NCBI GenBank assembly: GCA_021795965.1
Contig: JAJYOU010000009.1
Span: 951-64,950, forward strand
DNA: 64,000 bases
Direction of reading: 5' to 3'
From: Chloroflexota bacterium
GTDB taxonomy: Bacteria; Chloroflexota; Anaerolineae; Anaerolineales; Villigracilaceae
In this document: piece by piece, positions 9,426 through 20,800 of the stretch
How positions within the stretch are numbered: the first letter of the stretch is position 1
Layout of the letters: every line of letters starts with the position of its first letter
Program-made: the position numbers and the translations under genes
Notes under the pieces: generated by a model
Database searches by the model: none
The model's input: the letters and a program-made list of their open reading frames with translations, nothing else
Told to the model about the DNA's origin: nothing

Positions 9426-9471
9426 TTTTAAAACAACGGCACGCAGTGTGAAGCGTGTCGTTGTTTTAAAA
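9426..9471 (+). terminator. Rho-independent terminator-like hairpin
   Basis: TTTTAAAACAACGGCACGC / loop AGTGTGAA / GCGTGTCGTTGTTTTAAAA: a 19-bp stem with one mismatch, and a T-rich 3' arm. Confidence 0.6.
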
Positions 9472-9610
9472 TCGGTTATACTTTATCCGCTTAAATTTTC
9501 ATCTTTTCATATTCCCAAATACACCCCTTGGTGTGGCTGTTTAACCGGTTAGATACTGTTTCCTCAAGTTAAATATGCTCTTGAACTTGAATTTTTGACG
9601 AAAGAATTTA

Positions 9611-11410
9611 ATGTCAGCACATATCCGCAACTTTTGTATCATCGCCCATGTTGATCATGGAAAATCCACCCTGGCTGACCGGTTGCTCCAGGTCACCGGT
9701 ACTATCTCTGAACGCGATATGACTGAGCAGGTTTTGGACAGCATGGATTTGGAGCGTGAGAAAGGCGTTACGATCAAAGCCTCGGCTGTCCGGATGAAAT
9801 ACAAAGCCCTGGATGGGAAGGAATACGAACTTAATTTGATTGATACCCCCGGGCACGTTGATTTTGGTTATGAAGTCAGCCGGGCACTCAATGCCTGTGA
9901 AGGCGCTGTTCTCGTCGTGGACGCCACCCAGGGAATTGAAGCGCAAACACTCGCAAATCTTTATTCGGCAATCAATGCCAACCTGGAAATCATCCCGGTC
10001 ATCAATAAGATTGACCTGCCCTCTGCGCATCCTGATGACGTCGCTGAGGATATATCATCACTCATCGGCGGTAAACCCGAAGATGTGATCCGGATTTCAG
10101 CCAAGGCTGGAATCAATATCGAACAAGTTCTTGAAGCCATCGTTAAAAAGGTGCCTCCGCCTGCCGGTTTGGATTCCGATACTCCTCGCGCCCTCATTTT
10201 TGATTCTCACTATGATGCTTATAAGGGCGTGATTTGTTATGTTCGCGTGATTGAAGGTTCGTTTTCTGCAACTGAAAGTATTTATTTGATGGCGACCGGC
10301 ATTCATGTGAAACCGATCGAAGTGGGTATCTTTGCCCCCATTATGAAGCCAGTCGAGCGATTAAATGCAGGGGAAGTCGGTTACATCGCGACTGGTTTAA
10401 AAACCGTTCATGAAGCACGGGTTGGAGATACGGTCACTAGCTCCAATAACCCGGCGAGCTCTCCTCTACCGGGTTATTTACACCCCAAACCGATGGTCTT
10501 TGCCGGCATTTATCCGGTGGATGCTGATGATTACACAGACCTGCGGGACGCACTGGAAAAACTCCAGTTAAATGATGCATCCCTCACTTACACCCCTGAG
10601 ACCTCCCAAGCAATTGGATTCGGTTTCCGCGCCGGTTTCCTGGGGTTGTTTCACATGGAAATTATCCAGGAACGAATTGAGCGGGAATATAACCTGGACG
10701 TTCTTTTCACGGCTCCTTCGGTTGAATATGAAGTCATCTTGGCAGGCGGTGACGTCTTGACCATTGATTCACCCGCCCAACTGCCTGAAGAAGCAATGGT
10801 GGCCGAAATCCGTGAACCCTGGATGAATATTGAAATCATCACCCCAACGGATTATTACGGCACCATCATGGACCTAGTGATTAACCGCCGGGGAATTTAC
10901 AAAGGTCAGGAATATCCAGCGCCTCACCGTGTACAGCTCAATTTTGAGATTCCTCTGGCTGAATTGATCGTGGATTTTTTCGACACTTTGAAATCCCGTA
11001 CAAAGGGTTATGCTTCCCTCGATTATCAATTCGCTGAATATCGCACAGATAAGCTGCAAAAATTGGAGATCTTGGTGAATGGAGACCCAATCGATGCACT
11101 CGCATCCATTGTTCATGAAAAAGACGCCTATCACAAGGGACAATCGCTGATTACCAAGTTAAAAGAAATCATTCCCCGCCAGCTGTTTGATGTTGCAATT
11201 CAAGCCTCATCCGGAGGTCGCATCATCAGCCGCGCGAACGTCAAAGCTATGCGAAAAGATGTCCTGGCGAAGTGCTATGGTGGTGATATCACCAGGAAAA
11301 AGAAGCTGCTTGAGAAACAAAAAAAGGGGAAGCGTCGCCTCAAAATGATCGGAAACGTGGAGATTCCACAGGAAGCTTTCATGGCAGTTTTGAAATTGGA
11401 GGCCGAGTAA
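9611..11410 (+). CDS. lepA: Translation elongation factor 4
   Basis: [35 protein letters not shown], and the LepA C-terminal domain ...[26 protein letters not shown]. Confidence 0.95.
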   Translation: MSAHIRNFCIIAHVDHGKSTLADRLLQVTGTISERDMTEQVLDSMDLEREKGVTIKASAVRMKYKALDGKEYELNLIDTPGHVDFGYEVSRALNACEGAVLVVDATQGIEAQTLANLYSAINANLEIIPVINKIDLPSAHPDDVAEDISSLIGGKPEDVIRISAKAGINIEQVLEAIVKKVPPPAGLDSDTPRALIFDSHYDAYKGVICYVRVIEGSFSATESIYLMATGIHVKPIEVGIFAPIMKPVERLNAGEVGYIATGLKTVHEARVGDTVTSSNNPASSPLPGYLHPKPMVFAGIYPVDADDYTDLRDALEKLQLNDASLTYTPETSQAIGFGFRAGFLGLFHMEIIQERIEREYNLDVLFTAPSVEYEVILAGGDVLTIDSPAQLPEEAMVAEIREPWMNIEIITPTDYYGTIMDLVINRRGIYKGQEYPAPHRVQLNFEIPLAELIVDFFDTLKSRTKGYASLDYQFAEYRTDKLQKLEILVNGDPIDALASIVHEKDAYHKGQSLITKLKEIIPRQLFDVAIQASSGGRIISRANVKAMRKDVLAKCYGGDITRKKKLLEKQKKGKRRLKMIGNVEIPQEAFMAVLKLEAE

Positions 11411-11423
11411 CGAGCTGTTTGTG

Positions 11424-11465
11424 CGCACTCCCATTTTTTTGTCAAACCAGAAAAATGGGAGTGCG
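11424..11465 (+). other. Perfect 15-bp intergenic hairpin with no U-tract
   Basis: CGCACTCCCATTTTT (11424-11438) pairs with AAAAATGGGAGTGCG (11451-11465) around a 12-nt loop. It lies between the lepA stop and the next start. Confidence 0.4.
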
Positions 11466-11483
11466 ACCAGTATCGGAATATTT

Positions 11484-12518
11484 ATGTCCAATTTTCTAAG
11501 AGATTTTCGCCGCTTGCTTCCTGGTCTGGTGACCAGTTTTATCCTGGTCGCCGTGATTTTATATTTCGTGGACCTGCGCAAGACCATCGAGGCAATCAAG
11601 TCGGCGAACTATTTCATGCTTTTGGTCGTTCTCTTCCTGGGGATATTGTGGTTGTTGGTCCGCGGATTGGTCTGGCGAACTTTGCTGAGAAATCGCGCCT
11701 CCTATAAGGATGTATTCTTCACCCTGATGGAAGGCTACCTATTAAACAGCTTTTTACCCTTCAGGCTGGGAGAAATTGGTCGGGCTTTTCTGCTCAGCCG
11801 TAAAACCTCGTTGAACTTTATCGAAATACTCCCGACTATCATCGTTGAAAGGGTGATGGACCTGGCATTTTCCGCCGCAATCTTTATCATGGCGGTACCC
11901 TTTGTCGCAGGGGTGGGCAGCGCAAACCAGATTGGTTTTATCGTGGCAGGAATTGTCCTGCTGGGAATAGCAGCCATGTATTTATTGGCGCGCAACCGAC
12001 AATGGGCTCTCAATATTTTCCAAAAATTTGGACAGCGTTGGCCAAAAATCGGTGAGCTCGGTGGTAATCTCCTTGAATCATTTCTGAATGGTTTGGACAT
12101 ATTAACTGACCCGGTCCTTTTTGGTCGTTTTATTGGATTAATGACTTTGAACTGGGGCATGGCGATCGTCCAGTATTACCTTCTCACCAAGGCTTTTTTC
12201 CCACAGGCAACCTGGATCTGGGGCATGTTCGTGCTCGGAGCCGCTGCTTTTGGCGGGGCAATCCCATCCCTTCCGGGCGGAGTTGGCACCCTGGAAGGTG
12301 CCATGGCTGGGGCGGTGACCCTGCTCTCGGGCGATCAATCCGGTGCATTGGCAGTCGCCCTCAGCAGCCGTTTCCTTAATTATCTTTACAGTGGAGTATT
12401 TGGCTCAATTGGATTGTCCAAAGAAGGACAGACCATTTCCAGCATCTATCAACAATTAAAAAATTTGACCACTCGTTCTGAAGAAAAATCTTCCGGGACG
12501 GATTCCAAACAGGAGTAA
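11484..12518 (+). CDS. Flippase-like membrane protein (UPF0104 / lysyl-PG synthase TM-region family)
   Basis: About 8 TM segments, with the family-typical motifs FLPFRLGEIGRAFLL and PSLPGGVGTLEGAM. The first ATG is at 11484; the track's GTG at 11421 lies in the hairpin region. Confidence 0.7.
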   Translation: MSNFLRDFRRLLPGLVTSFILVAVILYFVDLRKTIEAIKSANYFMLLVVLFLGILWLLVRGLVWRTLLRNRASYKDVFFTLMEGYLLNSFLPFRLGEIGRAFLLSRKTSLNFIEILPTIIVERVMDLAFSAAIFIMAVPFVAGVGSANQIGFIVAGIVLLGIAAMYLLARNRQWALNIFQKFGQRWPKIGELGGNLLESFLNGLDILTDPVLFGRFIGLMTLNWGMAIVQYYLLTKAFFPQATWIWGMFVLGAAAFGGAIPSLPGGVGTLEGAMAGAVTLLSGDQSGALAVALSSRFLNYLYSGVFGSIGLSKEGQTISSIYQQLKNLTTRSEEKSSGTDSKQE

Positions 12519-12520
12519 AA

Positions 12521-13546
12521 ATGTCTGCCAATTATTTTGTAACCGGAGGAGCCGGGTTCATTGGTTCTAATTATGTTTCTCGCCTGATCAAGCGCGGCGA
12601 AAAAGTGACGATCTATGATAATCTGAGCCGGGCAGGTGCTCCCCGAAATCTAAAGTGGCTCCAGGATACTTACGGCGCAAAATCTTTTAACCTGGTAGCC
12701 GGGGATGTTCGCGATGCTGGTCAATTGGTCGTTTCAGCTCGCGAGGCAGATGTCATTGTCCACCTTGCCGGGCAGGTTGCTGTCACCACTTCAGTGGTCA
12801 ATCCCCGGGAAGATTTTGAAATCAATGCACAGGGCACTTTCAATGTGCTGGAAGCAGCCCGGCTCAATCAGCGCAACCCGATCTTTTTGTTCGCCTCCAC
12901 CAACAAGGTCTACGGCGGCATGGACGATGTCAAAGTCGTAGAAAGAGGTCAACGCTGGGAATATGAGAACCTGCCTTTCGGCGCAGCTGAGAACCAGCCA
13001 CTCGATTTCCATTCGCCTTATGGATGTTCCAAGGGCACTGGCGACCAATATGTGAGAGACTATCACCGAATTTATGGCTTGCGTTCGGTTGTGCTGCGCC
13101 AGAGTTGCATCTATGGTCCGCGACAATTTGGTGTGGAAGACCAGGGTTGGGTAGCCTGGATGGTAATCGCAGCTCAAACCGGCAAGCCCATTTCGATTTA
13201 TGGAGATGGCAAACAAATTCGAGATCTTTTACATGTCTATGATTTGAATGACGCTTATGACGCTGTCATTCAAAATATCGATCAGATTCAGGGGGAAGTC
13301 TTTAACCTGGGCGGCGGTCCCGAAAATACCATGTCCGTCTGGACGGAATTCGGTCCGCGGCTTGAGAGATTGCTGGGCAAAACCATTCCAGTCACCTATG
13401 GCGACTGGAGACCAGGGGACCAGAAAGTTTTTGTAGCAGATATTCGCAAAGCAGCAAAACTATTAGGTTGGAAACCACAATATTCGGTCGAAAAAGGTGT
13501 CAAACAGTTATTCGACTGGGTCAGCGAAAACAAGGATCTGTTTTAA
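12521..13546 (+). CDS. NAD-dependent sugar-nucleotide epimerase/dehydratase (SDR; CDP-paratose-2-epimerase-like)
   Basis: Rossmann motif VTGGAGFIGSN and catalytic YGCSKGTGDQY (YxxxK). It starts 2 nt after the previous stop. Confidence 0.8.
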   Translation: MSANYFVTGGAGFIGSNYVSRLIKRGEKVTIYDNLSRAGAPRNLKWLQDTYGAKSFNLVAGDVRDAGQLVVSAREADVIVHLAGQVAVTTSVVNPREDFEINAQGTFNVLEAARLNQRNPIFLFASTNKVYGGMDDVKVVERGQRWEYENLPFGAAENQPLDFHSPYGCSKGTGDQYVRDYHRIYGLRSVVLRQSCIYGPRQFGVEDQGWVAWMVIAAQTGKPISIYGDGKQIRDLLHVYDLNDAYDAVIQNIDQIQGEVFNLGGGPENTMSVWTEFGPRLERLLGKTIPVTYGDWRPGDQKVFVADIRKAAKLLGWKPQYSVEKGVKQLFDWVSENKDLF

Positions 13547-13553
13547 GGTTTTC

Positions 13554-14726
13554 ATGATGAAAATTCTGACAGTTCTCACCTATTATCGTCCACATACCTC
13601 CGGTCTGACAATTTATGCTGAGCGGTTGGCTGAAGCTTTTGTTCGTCGTGGACACGAGGTGACCGTACTTACCTCTCATTTCGACCCCTCCACTCCTGCC
13701 CAGGAATTTCGAAACGGCGTAAAAATCGTCAGGGCACCGGTGGCACTGCGCATCAGCAAAGGCGTGATCATGCCCACCTTCGGACTGCTGGCATGGAAAT
13801 ATGTTGCTGAAAATGACCTCATCCAGTTGCATTTGCCCCAGTTTGATGCTCCCGGGTTTGCATTACGTGCGCGTTTATTTGGAAAAGTGTCCATTCTGAC
13901 TTACCACTGTGATTTACAGCTCCCAGGTGGATTTTTCAATAATTTGGTCAACAAAGTTGTGGATTTTCAGAATTCCTCGGCTGCAGCTTTCGCGAACCAC
14001 ATCGTTACCTACACACAGGATTACGCGGATAACTCTCCTTTCCTGTCGCGTTACAAACATAAATTGACACCTATTTTGCCGCCAGTTCAATTACCGCCTG
14101 CACCCAGGGGTGCAATCGAAACCCTCGCGGGGGAAAATCAAATTTTCCCTGAGGGTCGTTGGCCAGTGATCGGCATGGCCACCCGCTTTGCTTCCGAAAA
14201 GGGCGTTGAGATCCTGCTTGAAGCCCTGCCTGAAATCCTGGCGAAATATCCAAATGCCCAGGTTCTTTTCGCTGGCCAGCATCTGAATGTGATGGGCGAA
14301 CAGGCTTATTTCAACCGTCTGAGTCCCATCATCCGCAAATTTGAAGAAAGTGGACATTGGAAATTTTTAGGCAACTTGAAACCGGAGCAAATGGCAGCAT
14401 ATTATCCCAACCTGGATTTGCTGGTTGTTTCGAGTCTGAATTCCACCGAAGCCTTTGGACTGGTCCAGATCGAAGCCATGCTCAATAACGTCCCCTGCGT
14501 GGCATCTGCGCTGCCTGGTGTCCGTCGACCGGTGCAAATGACGGGCATGGGTCTGGTAACGCCAATTGGAGATGCGAAAGCTCTTGCAGATGCGGTCTTG
14601 CAGATTTTGAATGAACCGCAAAAATATCGCCGCGATTCTGCGGAGATCGCCACCGTTTACGATCCGGATTCAATCGCTTCGGAATATGAAAAGCTTTTTG
14701 AAAAACTTAAAAAACAAAACCCGTGA
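13554..14726 (+). CDS. Glycosyltransferase family 4 (GT-B, WcaI-like)
   Basis: N-terminus MMKILTVLTYYRPHTSGL and C-terminal E-x7-E region STEAFGLVQIEAMLNNVPCVAS. The ATG at 13554 removes the overlap implied by the track start at 13497. Confidence 0.8.
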   Translation: MMKILTVLTYYRPHTSGLTIYAERLAEAFVRRGHEVTVLTSHFDPSTPAQEFRNGVKIVRAPVALRISKGVIMPTFGLLAWKYVAENDLIQLHLPQFDAPGFALRARLFGKVSILTYHCDLQLPGGFFNNLVNKVVDFQNSSAAAFANHIVTYTQDYADNSPFLSRYKHKLTPILPPVQLPPAPRGAIETLAGENQIFPEGRWPVIGMATRFASEKGVEILLEALPEILAKYPNAQVLFAGQHLNVMGEQAYFNRLSPIIRKFEESGHWKFLGNLKPEQMAAYYPNLDLLVVSSLNSTEAFGLVQIEAMLNNVPCVASALPGVRRPVQMTGMGLVTPIGDAKALADAVLQILNEPQKYRRDSAEIATVYDPDSIASEYEKLFEKLKKQNP

Positions 14727-14779
14727 GCAAATTTTTCATCCATTAATCTTAATTAAACCAACAGTGAGTCCTTCCAAAT

Positions 14780-15577
14780 ATGTCTGAAACCAGCACCAAG
14801 GATTTTTTATTTCTTCACACCCGAGATTTGCCTTATTTTCGCGCTTTTTTACGGGCGGTCGAATCGCGTTTTTACCAGAACTTGGATTTGCCATCGCCCA
14901 CCCTGGATATTGGTTGCGGGGATGGGCATTTTACCGAGTTAACATTCGACCGGAAACTTGAAGTCGGGCTGGATCCCTGGACAGGTCCGATTCATGAGGC
15001 GGGTACCCGCAGGGTCTACAACCTGCTCACCGAAGCGAATGGCGATGCCATGCCATACCCGGACGCTTTTTTTTCAAGTGCGATCAGCAACTCTGTCCTG
15101 GAACATATCCCCCAGTTGGACGCAGTCTTACTGGAAACCGCGCGCGTACTCAAACCCGACGCGATTTTCGTTTTTTGTGTGCCAAACCAAAATTTTTTAC
15201 CGAACCTGTCAATTGCAAAATTTTTCGACCGACTGGGACTAAAACCGCTAGCCAGGGCATATCGCGGGTTTTTTAATAAAATTTCGCGCCATATTACCTG
15301 CGAAAATCCAGATCAATGGAGGGAGAGGCTAGAGTCCGCAGGCTTTTCTATTGACAAATACTGGAATTATTTTTCCCCGAATGCCCTGGCGACCCTGGAA
15401 TGGGGACATTATTTTGGCGTTCCCTCCTTGATCCTCCATTTTTTAACCCGCCATTGGAACATCACAAAAGCCAAGTGGAATTTTGTGCCCATCATGTCCA
15501 TTTTGCGCAAATATTACAATGAACCAGTCCCGCAGGAAAAAGGCGCTTATACCTTTTATGTTACTCACAGAGTATAA
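14780..15577 (+). CDS. Class I SAM-dependent methyltransferase
   Basis: Motif I LDIGCGDGHFT and post-I/II region FFSSAISNSVLEHIP. Confidence 0.75.
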   Translation: MSETSTKDFLFLHTRDLPYFRAFLRAVESRFYQNLDLPSPTLDIGCGDGHFTELTFDRKLEVGLDPWTGPIHEAGTRRVYNLLTEANGDAMPYPDAFFSSAISNSVLEHIPQLDAVLLETARVLKPDAIFVFCVPNQNFLPNLSIAKFFDRLGLKPLARAYRGFFNKISRHITCENPDQWRERLESAGFSIDKYWNYFSPNALATLEWGHYFGVPSLILHFLTRHWNITKAKWNFVPIMSILRKYYNEPVPQEKGAYTFYVTHRV

Positions 15578-15616
15578 AGATTCCACCGCCTTTTGGTCTG
15601 AAGAGAGTATGCACGC

Positions 15617-17788
15617 ATGAAAGAACCCAGCGTTCTTGATTTTATAAAATCCAGGTTAAATCCCTGGCAAAAAGAAAAAATTCATATTCCTGCGGCTGCA
15701 ATTGGAGCATCAGAACCAAATATTTTAATTCCAGAAAACGCTTCTCAGGGCGAATCTCAATCAGCCAGCAGCTCTGGTAGGGAGCTAAATCCTGCTTCAA
15801 ATGGTGACTTGTTTAAGCTTTTCCCCTGGCGAACTTTAATTGCTCTTTTTCTTGCCCTGGTTGCCCAAAAAATGTTGGAACCACCTTCGCCTTCAATTCC
15901 AATGGCTCTTGGCCTGTATGTCATTTCGTTGGTTTTCCTTGTTTGGGCAAATTTTCGTCAGGAATTTGTCCTGCCCGGCAGGGAATCTGTACCGGAAGCT
16001 GTCGACCCGCAAACCTTCCGTACTCGCAGCCTGACATTTTCCATTTTTTTGGCATTGCTGGCATTCCTTTTATTTTCAAATAATTTATTTACAGCCCTGA
16101 ATGTCACCATCTGGTTGCTTGCCATCCTGATGTTTTTACATGGGCTCTGGCTGGGTGGATCATGGAAAACAGTTTTAATGAAAGGTTTCTCTTTCTTAAG
16201 GCAGGAAAACTGGAACCTGAAAATTTCGCGCCAGGCTCTGCTGCTGATCGCAATTATCCTAATCATACTTTTTTTTCGTTTTTATAACCTGAGCGGGGTC
16301 CCGGGTGAACCATTCAGCGACCACGCCGAAAAACTGCTGGATGTTTTCGATATCACACAGGGGCAAACCCACATATTCTTTCCCCGCAACACAGGGCGCG
16401 AATTTATTCAATTTTACCTGACTGCCCTCATTGCTGGCTGGTTGGGTACAGGTCTTTCCTTCCTTAGCCTAAAAATTGGGACCGCCTTGATCGGTCTCTT
16501 TACTCTACCTTTCATTTACTTGTTAGGAAAGGAAATTGGTGGCAAGCGGGTTGCAGTTTTCGCCCTGTTTTTGGCTGGCACATCTTACTGGTTAAATACA
16601 ATCAGCCGTATTGGCTTGCGGTTCCCGCTTTACCCGGCTTTCACTGCCCCGGCGTTATATTTTCTGATTCGCGGTTTACGGCGCCAGACTCGTAATGACT
16701 TCATTCTCTCGGGCTTATTCCTCGGATTAGGCTTGAACGGGTACAGCCCCTATCGAATAGTTCCGTTTGTCCTGGTACTTGCTGCTGGTTTATTCCTGCT
16801 CCACAAGCAATCCAGCGGGAAGCGAAAGCAAACCCTGATATTGTTTGCAATCCTGGTTCTGGCTTCTATCTTCTTATTTCTCCCGCTGGGCAGATACGCT
16901 CTCGAAAATCCGCAAATGTTTTCATACCGTGCCTTGACGAGGTTGACAGGTGAAGAGCAGGCGTTTACCGCTCCTGTCTGGAAAATTTTCCTTGACAATT
17001 CTTTCAATGCCATGCTGCTCTTCAATTATAACGATGGGGAGATTTGGGTTCATTCCATTCCACATCGCCCTGCCCTGGATGTCATCAGCGCCGTTCTATT
17101 TTTGTTCGGTTTCATCTTCCTCCTGGTTCGATATTTTCAAAAACGGGACTGGTTGGATTTATTCCTTTTACTTTCAATACCAATGCTTTTATTGCCTTCC
17201 ACCCTATCCCTGGCATTCCCCAACGAAAACCCATCTCTTAACCGGACCGGTGGAGCGGCGGTGATTGTCTTCATCATCGCTGCCATGGCGCTCGACGCGA
17301 TTTACACCAGCCTGATCAGGCAAAAGAGGCGGATCTGGCAGATTTCTGCTCTGGTCTTGGTTGGTGGAATGTTAACCATTTCAGCCAATCAAAGTTATGA
17401 TCTCGTTTTTCATCAATTTTCTGATGAATTCATGAACGGCGCGTGGAACACTTCGGATATCGGGAATGTGATTCACGCATTTGTCGAAGAAGGTAACAAT
17501 CCTGACAATGCCTTCGTGGTTCCCTACCCTTACTGGGTGGATACCCGCCTGGTGGGCATCCAGGCTGGATATCCAACCAAGGATTATGCGCTCTGGAGTA
17601 AAGACCTCAGTCAAACCCTGGCTGTAAGCGGAAATAAACTCTTTATCTTCAAGGAAGAGGATCAGGAAACCATGGATATCCTCAAAAAACTCTATCCGTC
17701 TGGCATGCTGGGACACTTTAACGCATCCTTGCCGGGCAAAAACTTCTGGATCTTTACGGTTTCCGAAAACCTGCCACCAGCCTCCTGA
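15617..17788 (+). CDS. Polytopic membrane protein, GT-C-type (GT39/ArnT/PMT_2-like) glycosyltransferase candidate
   Basis: 723 aa with more than 12 TM segments. The first-loop acidic motif follows RFYNLSGVPGEPFSDHAEKLLD. There is a C-terminal soluble domain of about 130 aa. Confidence 0.55.
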   Translation: MKEPSVLDFIKSRLNPWQKEKIHIPAAAIGASEPNILIPENASQGESQSASSSGRELNPASNGDLFKLFPWRTLIALFLALVAQKMLEPPSPSIPMALGLYVISLVFLVWANFRQEFVLPGRESVPEAVDPQTFRTRSLTFSIFLALLAFLLFSNNLFTALNVTIWLLAILMFLHGLWLGGSWKTVLMKGFSFLRQENWNLKISRQALLLIAIILIILFFRFYNLSGVPGEPFSDHAEKLLDVFDITQGQTHIFFPRNTGREFIQFYLTALIAGWLGTGLSFLSLKIGTALIGLFTLPFIYLLGKEIGGKRVAVFALFLAGTSYWLNTISRIGLRFPLYPAFTAPALYFLIRGLRRQTRNDFILSGLFLGLGLNGYSPYRIVPFVLVLAAGLFLLHKQSSGKRKQTLILFAILVLASIFLFLPLGRYALENPQMFSYRALTRLTGEEQAFTAPVWKIFLDNSFNAMLLFNYNDGEIWVHSIPHRPALDVISAVLFLFGFIFLLVRYFQKRDWLDLFLLLSIPMLLLPSTLSLAFPNENPSLNRTGGAAVIVFIIAAMALDAIYTSLIRQKRRIWQISALVLVGGMLTISANQSYDLVFHQFSDEFMNGAWNTSDIGNVIHAFVEEGNNPDNAFVVPYPYWVDTRLVGIQAGYPTKDYALWSKDLSQTLAVSGNKLFIFKEEDQETMDILKKLYPSGMLGHFNASLPGKNFWIFTVSENLPPAS

Positions 17789-17802
17789 ATGGATTAATAG
17801 AC

Positions 17803-20800
17803 ATGAAAAAATCAAACAATCGGCTCTGGCTTTACAACTTACTCTTCTTATTGATCCTTGGCTCGGCGGGCTATTTTCGTTTAATCGGTTTGGATTGGGA
17901 TCAGAGCCAGCATCTGCATCCGGATGAACGGTTTATGACGATGGTCGAATCGGCATTGGAACCCGTAAAAAGTCTTTCGGATTATTTCAATACCAAGATT
18001 TCTCCCCTTAATCCGAACAACCGTGGTTATTCATTTTATGTCTATGGTGACCTCCCCCTTGTGATTGTTCGGTACGCAGCCGAAGCGATGACATCCTTGT
18101 CCAAAATGGTGGATGGTCCGGCGTTTGTCAATTGGGCTGGATATGATCAAGTCACACTTGTGGGACGAGTCTTCTCTGCATTGTCTGATCTGGGTTCATT
18201 AATATTATTGTTCCTGATTTCCAGAAAATTATACGGCGAGAAGGTGGCTCTCCTTGCATCCGCCTTTTCAGCCTTGGCTGTGATGCAGATCCAGGAATCA
18301 CATTTCTTCACGGTAGACATGTTCGCCAATTTTTGCATGTTTTTGGCAACATTTTTTGCCGTTGAAATCATGCTTTTCCCTGAGAAAAATTTGATCGATG
18401 AAGACCAATCTGTACCGTCCAATCCTGAAACTCGGTTTATACATAATTTGCAAAATTATTTTCACAATCCACTTTTTTGGAACGTAATCGGCTTTGGACT
18501 GTCATTGGGCGCCGCGGCGGCATCCAAGCTGAATGCCGCACCGCTGGCGATCCTGCTCCCGGGCGCATTTTTGATCAGGTATTTCAAACAAAGCAAGCTC
18601 CCAAAAATCAATGCCGAGGACGAATCCCAACCTGATGATGAATCTGAACCGGGGAATGATACTGACAATGCTGCAAATCAACCTCAAAAAGCATTAAGCC
18701 TGGAAGCCATCTTCGGATTCCTCGTTTTGGGAGGAGTGGTTTCCATCCTGGCGTTCAGAATTTTGATGCCTTATGCCTTCAGTGGACCTAGCTTTTTGGG
18801 TGTCACCCCCAATCCCCAATGGGTATCGAACATTACGGAACAACGCGCCCAAGCCGGAGGTGATGTGGATTTTCCGCCCGCCCTGCAATGGGCGCGGCGC
18901 TCCATCCTGTTTTCCGGCTATAACCTGGCTGCCTGGGGCTTGGGTTGGCCTCTCGGCTTATTGGCATTGGCTGGTTTTCTATACATGGGTTGGCGCATCC
19001 TTAAAGGAGATTGGAAGGATCATCTCCTTTTATGGGCTTGGACAGGTTTGTATTTTGCCTGGCAATCCACCCAGTGGAACCCCACCATGCGCTACCAGCT
19101 TCCGATATATCCACTTTTGGCATTGCTGGCAGCCTGGTTCATATTTAATGGTCCCCGATTTATTTTCAAAAAACGAAATCAAAACCCGCAGACCCTTCCG
19201 GAACCGGCCAAGGCAGTTAATGTTTTTTATTTCATTCTTGCGAGTGTCGTCCTGATCGCAACAATTGCCTGGGCTTATGCCTTTACACGAATATATACGC
19301 GCGACCACACGCGAGTCCAGGCTTCGCATTGGATTTACCAGAATGTCCCCGGACCCTTTAACCTCAAAATCAAACAGGCGGATGGTTCAACTTATACCCA
19401 ACCCATGCCCATCCCGCAGGGATTTGTTCTTGCTTCCTCTGCTCCTTATGAGGTTCAATTTACAGCGTTCGCAACTGGGGAACTTTCCGCTATTTACATT
19501 GCCCATGCAGCAAACGTTGGAAATCCAGGCATGGTCAATCTCACTGTCGAACTTTACGCCACCCCCAATTTAAAAACTCAACCATTGGCGAAAGCCAGTC
19601 TTACCGCAGATTTTGGCGTCACATCCGACTCGCGCGGTGGAGATATCACCCTTAACCTGGATAACTCCGTTCCAGTTGCAGTCGATACAAATTACTTCCT
19701 AAGATTTTCAACCACTGGAAATCTTTCCATCTCAGGGTCCATCCCTGTTCATGAAACTTCCTGGGACGATGGCTTGCCTTTACGTATGGACGGCTACGAT
19801 CCGTACGGTGGAATTTACGAAGGCGATCACAACTTTGAGATGTACTGGGACGATAATGCCGATAAGTTGAATCGCTTCGAATCCAACCTGGATAGTGGGG
19901 ATTACATTTTTATCACTTCTGATCGCCAGTGGGCGACCACCACGCGGGTTCCTGAGCGCTACCCTCTTACCACGACTTATTACCGCGACCTGATCGGCTG
20001 CCCGGATAACATGGACGTAATCTGGTGTTACAACGTGGCCAATCCCGGTCAATTCAACGGCAAACTAGGCTTTGAATTGGTAAAAACGTTCACATCTTAC
20101 CCTGAAATCTTTGGGATTCAATTTAATACACAGTTTGCCGAAGAAGCATTTACTGTCTACGATGCGCCCAAGGTGCTTATTTTCAAGAAGACGAGTTCAT
20201 ATAATTCTCAGACCGTTCGAAAATTACTGGGCGCGGTGGATTTGACGCACGTTGTCCACGTTACACCGAGGCAGGCAGGCCGCTTTCCCGGCGACCTGAT
20301 GTTGCCAGGGGCGATGCTGGCAGCCGACCGTGCGGGCGGCACCTGGAGCGAGTTATTTTCCTACGATTCCCTACAAAACAAGTACCCTCTCCTGGGGTTG
20401 CTACTTTGGTATCTCGCAATTGGGATTCTGGGTTTGTTCACCTGGCCGATTTTGCGTTTATTTTTGCCGGGTTTATCCGACAGGGGTTATCCCCTCGCCA
20501 AACTGGGTGGCTTATTATTCCTCGCTTACCTTGTCTGGATGTTCGCCTCACTGGGCGGGACCTATTCCCGCACCACGATCGCGATTGCATACGCGGGGAT
20601 CATGGTGGTCGGAGCGGTCGCGTTTTTCCATCAAAGAGATTCAATCCTCAACGATTTGCGCACCAATGGGAAATATTACCTGATTGTTGAAATCCTCATT
20701 GCTGTTTTCTTTTTAATCGATTTTGCCATTCGCATGGGAAATCCTGATTTATGGCACCCTGCCCGTGGCGGCGAACGACCGATGGATTTCTCCTATTTAA

